This document shows positions 60,907 to 64,000 of a stretch of 64,000 bases of DNA, one piece after another. The stretch comes from an uncultured Cyclobacteriaceae bacterium (GTDB taxonomy: Bacteria > Bacteroidota > Bacteroidia > Cytophagales > Cyclobacteriaceae). The notes beneath the pieces were generated by a model. That model saw only the letters and a list, made by a program, of their open reading frames with translations. It had not been told where the DNA came from and searched no databases. The first letter of the stretch is position 1; each line of letters begins with the position of its first letter. The stretch lies in NCBI GenBank assembly GCA_965365275.1, contig CBDUBA010000012.1:986-64985 (forward strand). The letters are read 5' to 3'. A program made the position numbers and the translations under genes.

Positions 60907-61596
60907 ATGAAAATTTCTTTCATATTGGTGGAACCAGCCGTGCCGGAGAATATCGGGGCTGCTGCAAGAGCTATCAAAACGATGGGTTTTAGAGATTTAT
61001 GCCTTGTAAAAACCTCCAGCCATCTTGACAAAAAATCGAAGATTCTGGCTCATGCTTCAGTAGAAGTACTTGAGAATGCAAAATTATATAAGGAATTTGA
61101 CCATATGGTATCTGAATTTGATTTTCTAATAGCTACTTCCGCAAAGCGCAGAAGGACCAATGAGAATTATATACAGGCAGAAGAGTTGGTTGATTTTTTA
61201 AAGCAACGTGAAGGAAATTTAGACCGCATCGGGATCCTGTTTGGACGTGAAGAATCGGGCCTTACAAATGATGAGATCAAAAAATGTGACCTTATATCCT
61301 ATGTGCCGATCGCTAATCCCTATCCCTCATTGAACCTATCACAGGCCGTCATGATCTATGCTTATTTAATGTCCCGGTTATTAAGATCAGATTCAGAATC
61401 AGAGGAAGAAGTCATTCCTGATGAAAGCCTGAAGGCATTAAAAGAGAAAGTAAAAAACTTACTTGAAATAATTGAAATAAAACAGTCGCATATTATAGGG
61501 CCCAGGATTATGGAAAGACTCAATTATCTGAAGAAAGAGGATTTATCCCTGCTGCATTCAACGTGTAATTCACTACTTGATAAGATGAAACGCTAA
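60907..61596 (+). CDS. trmJ: SpoU/TrmH-class RNA 2'-O-methyltransferase, TrmJ-like
   Basis: The N-terminus ILVEPAVPENIGAAARAIKTMGF..L.LV and the later LFGRE.SGLTN.E...C and LNLSQAV motifs match the TrmJ/SPOUT pattern. Confidence 0.8.
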   Translation: MKISFILVEPAVPENIGAAARAIKTMGFRDLCLVKTSSHLDKKSKILAHASVEVLENAKLYKEFDHMVSEFDFLIATSAKRRRTNENYIQAEELVDFLKQREGNLDRIGILFGREESGLTNDEIKKCDLISYVPIANPYPSLNLSQAVMIYAYLMSRLLRSDSESEEEVIPDESLKALKEKVKNLLEIIEIKQSHIIGPRIMERLNYLKKEDLSLLHSTCNSLLDKMKR

Positions 61597-61602
61597 AGTT
61601 TC

Positions 61603-63441
61603 CTAATCATAAAACATCCAGCTCAGACCAAGATCGAGACCCTTCGGTTGACCAGGATAATAAGGAGTTGCAAAATATCCCCGTCCCGCTTTTTGATTTA
61701 TATAGGCATATTTGAGAAATAAGCGAACAGTTTTAATCTTAATATTTACGAATACATTAGCCAAAATATAACTGGGTAATTCAAAATCATTCTGCAGATA
61801 AAATTGCTGAGTAACGGGATCATATCCATCAGCAAAATAATTGCTTTGATAATGTCCGTTTACACCAATAGACATCAGTAATTTCTCTTTGAACATGAAT
61901 CTTGAATAGTAAATGCTTGAATTAGCAAAAACTGGTGGGATCCTGAAAACATCCCTCGCCTCTTCATCACCTGTTTTGAAGGTGTAAATAAACTGGTTGT
62001 CCCAATGCAGGTATTTACCGAACTGAAAATTGAGATCAATCCCCGGAGAATAAAGCTGTGCAAATCCGGAAGCTTGTTTGGGCATTTTATCGATATCGAA
62101 GTAAATATAATTCTTGATCATTGAAAGATTGATAAATGGCCTGATCGATATCTTCTTCAATTTGATCTTAAATAAGGCCTTAATATTATCTGATTGAACT
62201 GATCCAAAATCATTGTACCATTCATAATGATTACTGAAATATCTTTCATGTATAAAACCGGGATCATACATCATCCGCTGATACGACAATTCCCAGAATC
62301 GATTTTCGTAAACACCCCTTATCTTATGATTCCCATTATTCAACAGGAGTTCCCCTTCTACCATGAGATAATAGGAACTGTCATTGTCGTATCGTAAACT
62401 TCCTCCCACATAGCCTTCAGTTCTGTTTTCCACATCAGTAAGGTAGTTTTGAAAGAATTTGACCTGACGATATCGATAGTATGCATTATAAAATGCCTTT
62501 TTCCAATCTCCCTTCACCCCTGCCTCATTCGTTATATCATTTATCTTATTTTTATTCCAGGTTTCCGTAGTATTAAACAATATACGGTCATAAAATTCCT
62601 GATTGGTAGAGACACGTGGATCTGAAAAATAATTTGTGATCAATGAAGAATAAAATTCATTGTATATGGCAAAAGCAGGATTTAACTGGTATTGCTGGTA
62701 TAAATAGTACTTAACATTCAACTCGGAACTGCCTACCTCCTCCAGGTTAACCTCAGCGTTTTCGTTGAAGAAATCATTATTATTCTGAAATCCAGTTGTG
62801 TCAACGCCCCCGCTCTCATTAACCTTATGATTCATTCTGGTATATGCGCCTAGTGCAAAATAATTACTGTCTGGCGTCCAATAATACATGTAAAAGTTAT
62901 AAGATAAACCCCTCACAGCATTATCACCTCTTCCGGTGCTACTGATCTGTTTATCCATCGTATACCATAAAAGGTTGAAACCAAAATTCCAGTTGGGTTT
63001 AATATTCTGACTGAAGGATATATCAGTAATATTTCTATTTCCTGATCCGAATACTACATATAAATCAGTGTGGGGAGAACGTGTATCGAACAATTTGATA
63101 TTTTCAACGGGTAATTTAAACAATGAATACGTGTAATATCCGGAAGTCTTCCCAATTATAGAAGGAGGTTGGTAAAACATTTGTTTTGTTGAGGTTCCGA
63201 TTATTCCCAGGTCCTGCAATTTGTATCTTTGTATTTCCATAGGTGAAAATCGCTCAAAACCTATTATAGCGGTATCAGGATGGGAAGATACATTTCTGTT
63301 GAACTTTATGTCATTCAGGTATTTGTAATTTGTAGTGGTCGGGCCATATACGGTTTGAGTAGAATCATCCAGAATCTGGGAGAACAGGTTGCTTGCAATC
63401 AACAGCATTAAAAAACTCAGGAAAAATAGTTTCTTGCTCAC
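61603..63441 (-). CDS. outer-membrane beta-barrel protein (putative porin family)
   Basis: It has a GTG start directly abutting the lpxK stop and a signal peptide (LFFLSFLMLLIASNLFSQ). It is Y/F/N-rich with an alternating strand pattern throughout. The family name is from memory only. Confidence 0.7.
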   Translation of the reverse strand: MSKKLFFLSFLMLLIASNLFSQILDDSTQTVYGPTTTNYKYLNDIKFNRNVSSHPDTAIIGFERFSPMEIQRYKLQDLGIIGTSTKQMFYQPPSIIGKTSGYYTYSLFKLPVENIKLFDTRSPHTDLYVVFGSGNRNITDISFSQNIKPNWNFGFNLLWYTMDKQISSTGRGDNAVRGLSYNFYMYYWTPDSNYFALGAYTRMNHKVNESGGVDTTGFQNNNDFFNENAEVNLEEVGSSELNVKYYLYQQYQLNPAFAIYNEFYSSLITNYFSDPRVSTNQEFYDRILFNTTETWNKNKINDITNEAGVKGDWKKAFYNAYYRYRQVKFFQNYLTDVENRTEGYVGGSLRYDNDSSYYLMVEGELLLNNGNHKIRGVYENRFWELSYQRMMYDPGFIHERYFSNHYEWYNDFGSVQSDNIKALFKIKLKKISIRPFINLSMIKNYIYFDIDKMPKQASGFAQLYSPGIDLNFQFGKYLHWDNQFIYTFKTGDEEARDVFRIPPVFANSSIYYSRFMFKEKLLMSIGVNGHYQSNYFADGYDPVTQQFYLQNDFELPSYILANVFVNIKIKTVRLFLKYAYINQKAGRGYFATPYYPGQPKGLDLGLSWMFYD

Positions 63442-64000
63442 TTAATCTTCTGTTTTATCTAGCACCTTTTGAATGAAATCTTCAAATTCTGATTCACCCT
63501 GAGCAAATTTATAGGTTATAGGTTGAAAAAATACAGGATGTTCCATTAAAATGTCCTCTAGTTTGGTTCCAATTATACGCATAATATCCTTTTCTGTAAA
63601 TAAAATACTAATAGTCTGATCATTTAGCATTTTATAAAAGGTAATTATTCGCTTCAATTCCTTTACGGAGAAATAATGATGATCATTGAACTTAAAATGC
63701 TTAATCAAATGAAAATTCCTTCTGATATGATCTGCCAACGGGCCGGGTTCAGCAATAGCAGTAACAAGAATAACTTTTTCAGTAAACTTATAATTCTTAT
63801 TCAGTACCGGTTCCTGTGTGCCATATTTCGTACTGGTGAAGAAGACAGGCACACTTGGCCTTATATAATTTGATATTGACTGATGTATGCTTTCAATTTC
63901 CGCATTACTGATGTCTTCAGGACACTTTGTAACGATTACAGCATCAGCACGCCGGGCATTTGCCCTCGATTCTCTAAGATTTCCGGCAGGCAAGAGGACA
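63442..64000 (-). CDS. lpxK: tetraacyldisaccharide 4'-kinase, C-terminal ~186 codons; the 5' end runs off the right edge of the window
   Basis: The reverse frame is open to base 64000 and reads VLLPAGNLRESRANARRADAVIVTKCP..., the conserved LPAGxLRE / ADxxxxTK region of LpxK. The track's M is really an internal TTG Leu codon. Confidence 0.88.
   Translation of the reverse strand, partial: VLLPAGNLRESRANARRADAVIVTKCPEDISNAEIESIHQSISNYIRPSVPVFFTSTKYGTQEPVLNKNYKFTEKVILVTAIAEPGPLADHIRRNFHLIKHFKFNDHHYFSVKELKRIITFYKMLNDQTISILFTEKDIMRIIGTKLEDILMEHPVFFQPITYKFAQGESEFEDFIQKVLDKTED

Noticed and set aside
1-64000. Search of all intergenic regions for CRISPR arrays, tRNA/rRNA genes, IS elements, integrases, phage or defence-system genes, and long direct or inverted repeats
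   Set aside because: I found none. Every ORF above ~100 aa that is not a shadow is accounted for by a housekeeping, envelope or transport gene or an isolated hypothetical gene, so the window looks like core chromosome rather than an accessory island.

Overview
This is a low-GC chromosomal segment (about 35-40% by eye) that looks like Bacteroidota. Supporting signs are a T9SS C-terminal sorting domain on a subtilase, a FISUMP-domain protein, a CarboxypepD_reg-type TonB receptor, many MacB/FtsX permeases, and many lipoprotein signals ending in a Cys lipobox. I support about 52 protein genes. Two are cut by the window edges and are missing from the ORF track: dinB at the left edge and lpxK at the right edge. 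Most of the content is core housekeeping: gyrA, parE-parC, thrS-infC-rpmI-rplT, etfB-etfA, rpe, fbaA, a ROK kinase, mtaB, a trmJ-like gene, cls and nupC. These are interleaved with envelope and transport genes, including a MacA/MacB-type ATPase plus two permeases plus adaptor operon, two orphan FtsX permeases, a TonB-dependent receptor, an AI-2E transporter and a GPH/MFS sugar symporter. There is also a small block of exported sugar-oxidoreductase genes next to a Nudix-type (NrtR/AraR-like) regulator. I found no rRNA, tRNA, CRISPR array, transposase, integrase, phage gene or long repeat, and no convincing self-contained novel multi-gene system. The best leads are: (1) ParC carries a ~187-aa disordered tail ending in an exact beta-clamp-binding consensus, QLDLF; (2) a TAT/Sec-exported Gfo/Idh/MocA oxidoreductase plus xylose-isomerase-like TIM-barrel pair resembles oxidative 3-keto glycoside-cleavage modules; (3) several uncharacterised exported proteins, namely a barrel-like protein with a very basic Cys-containing tail upstream of gyrA and a 424-aa protein with a GATase1-like Cys elbow. 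All functional calls come from motif recognition by eye, and no database search was possible.
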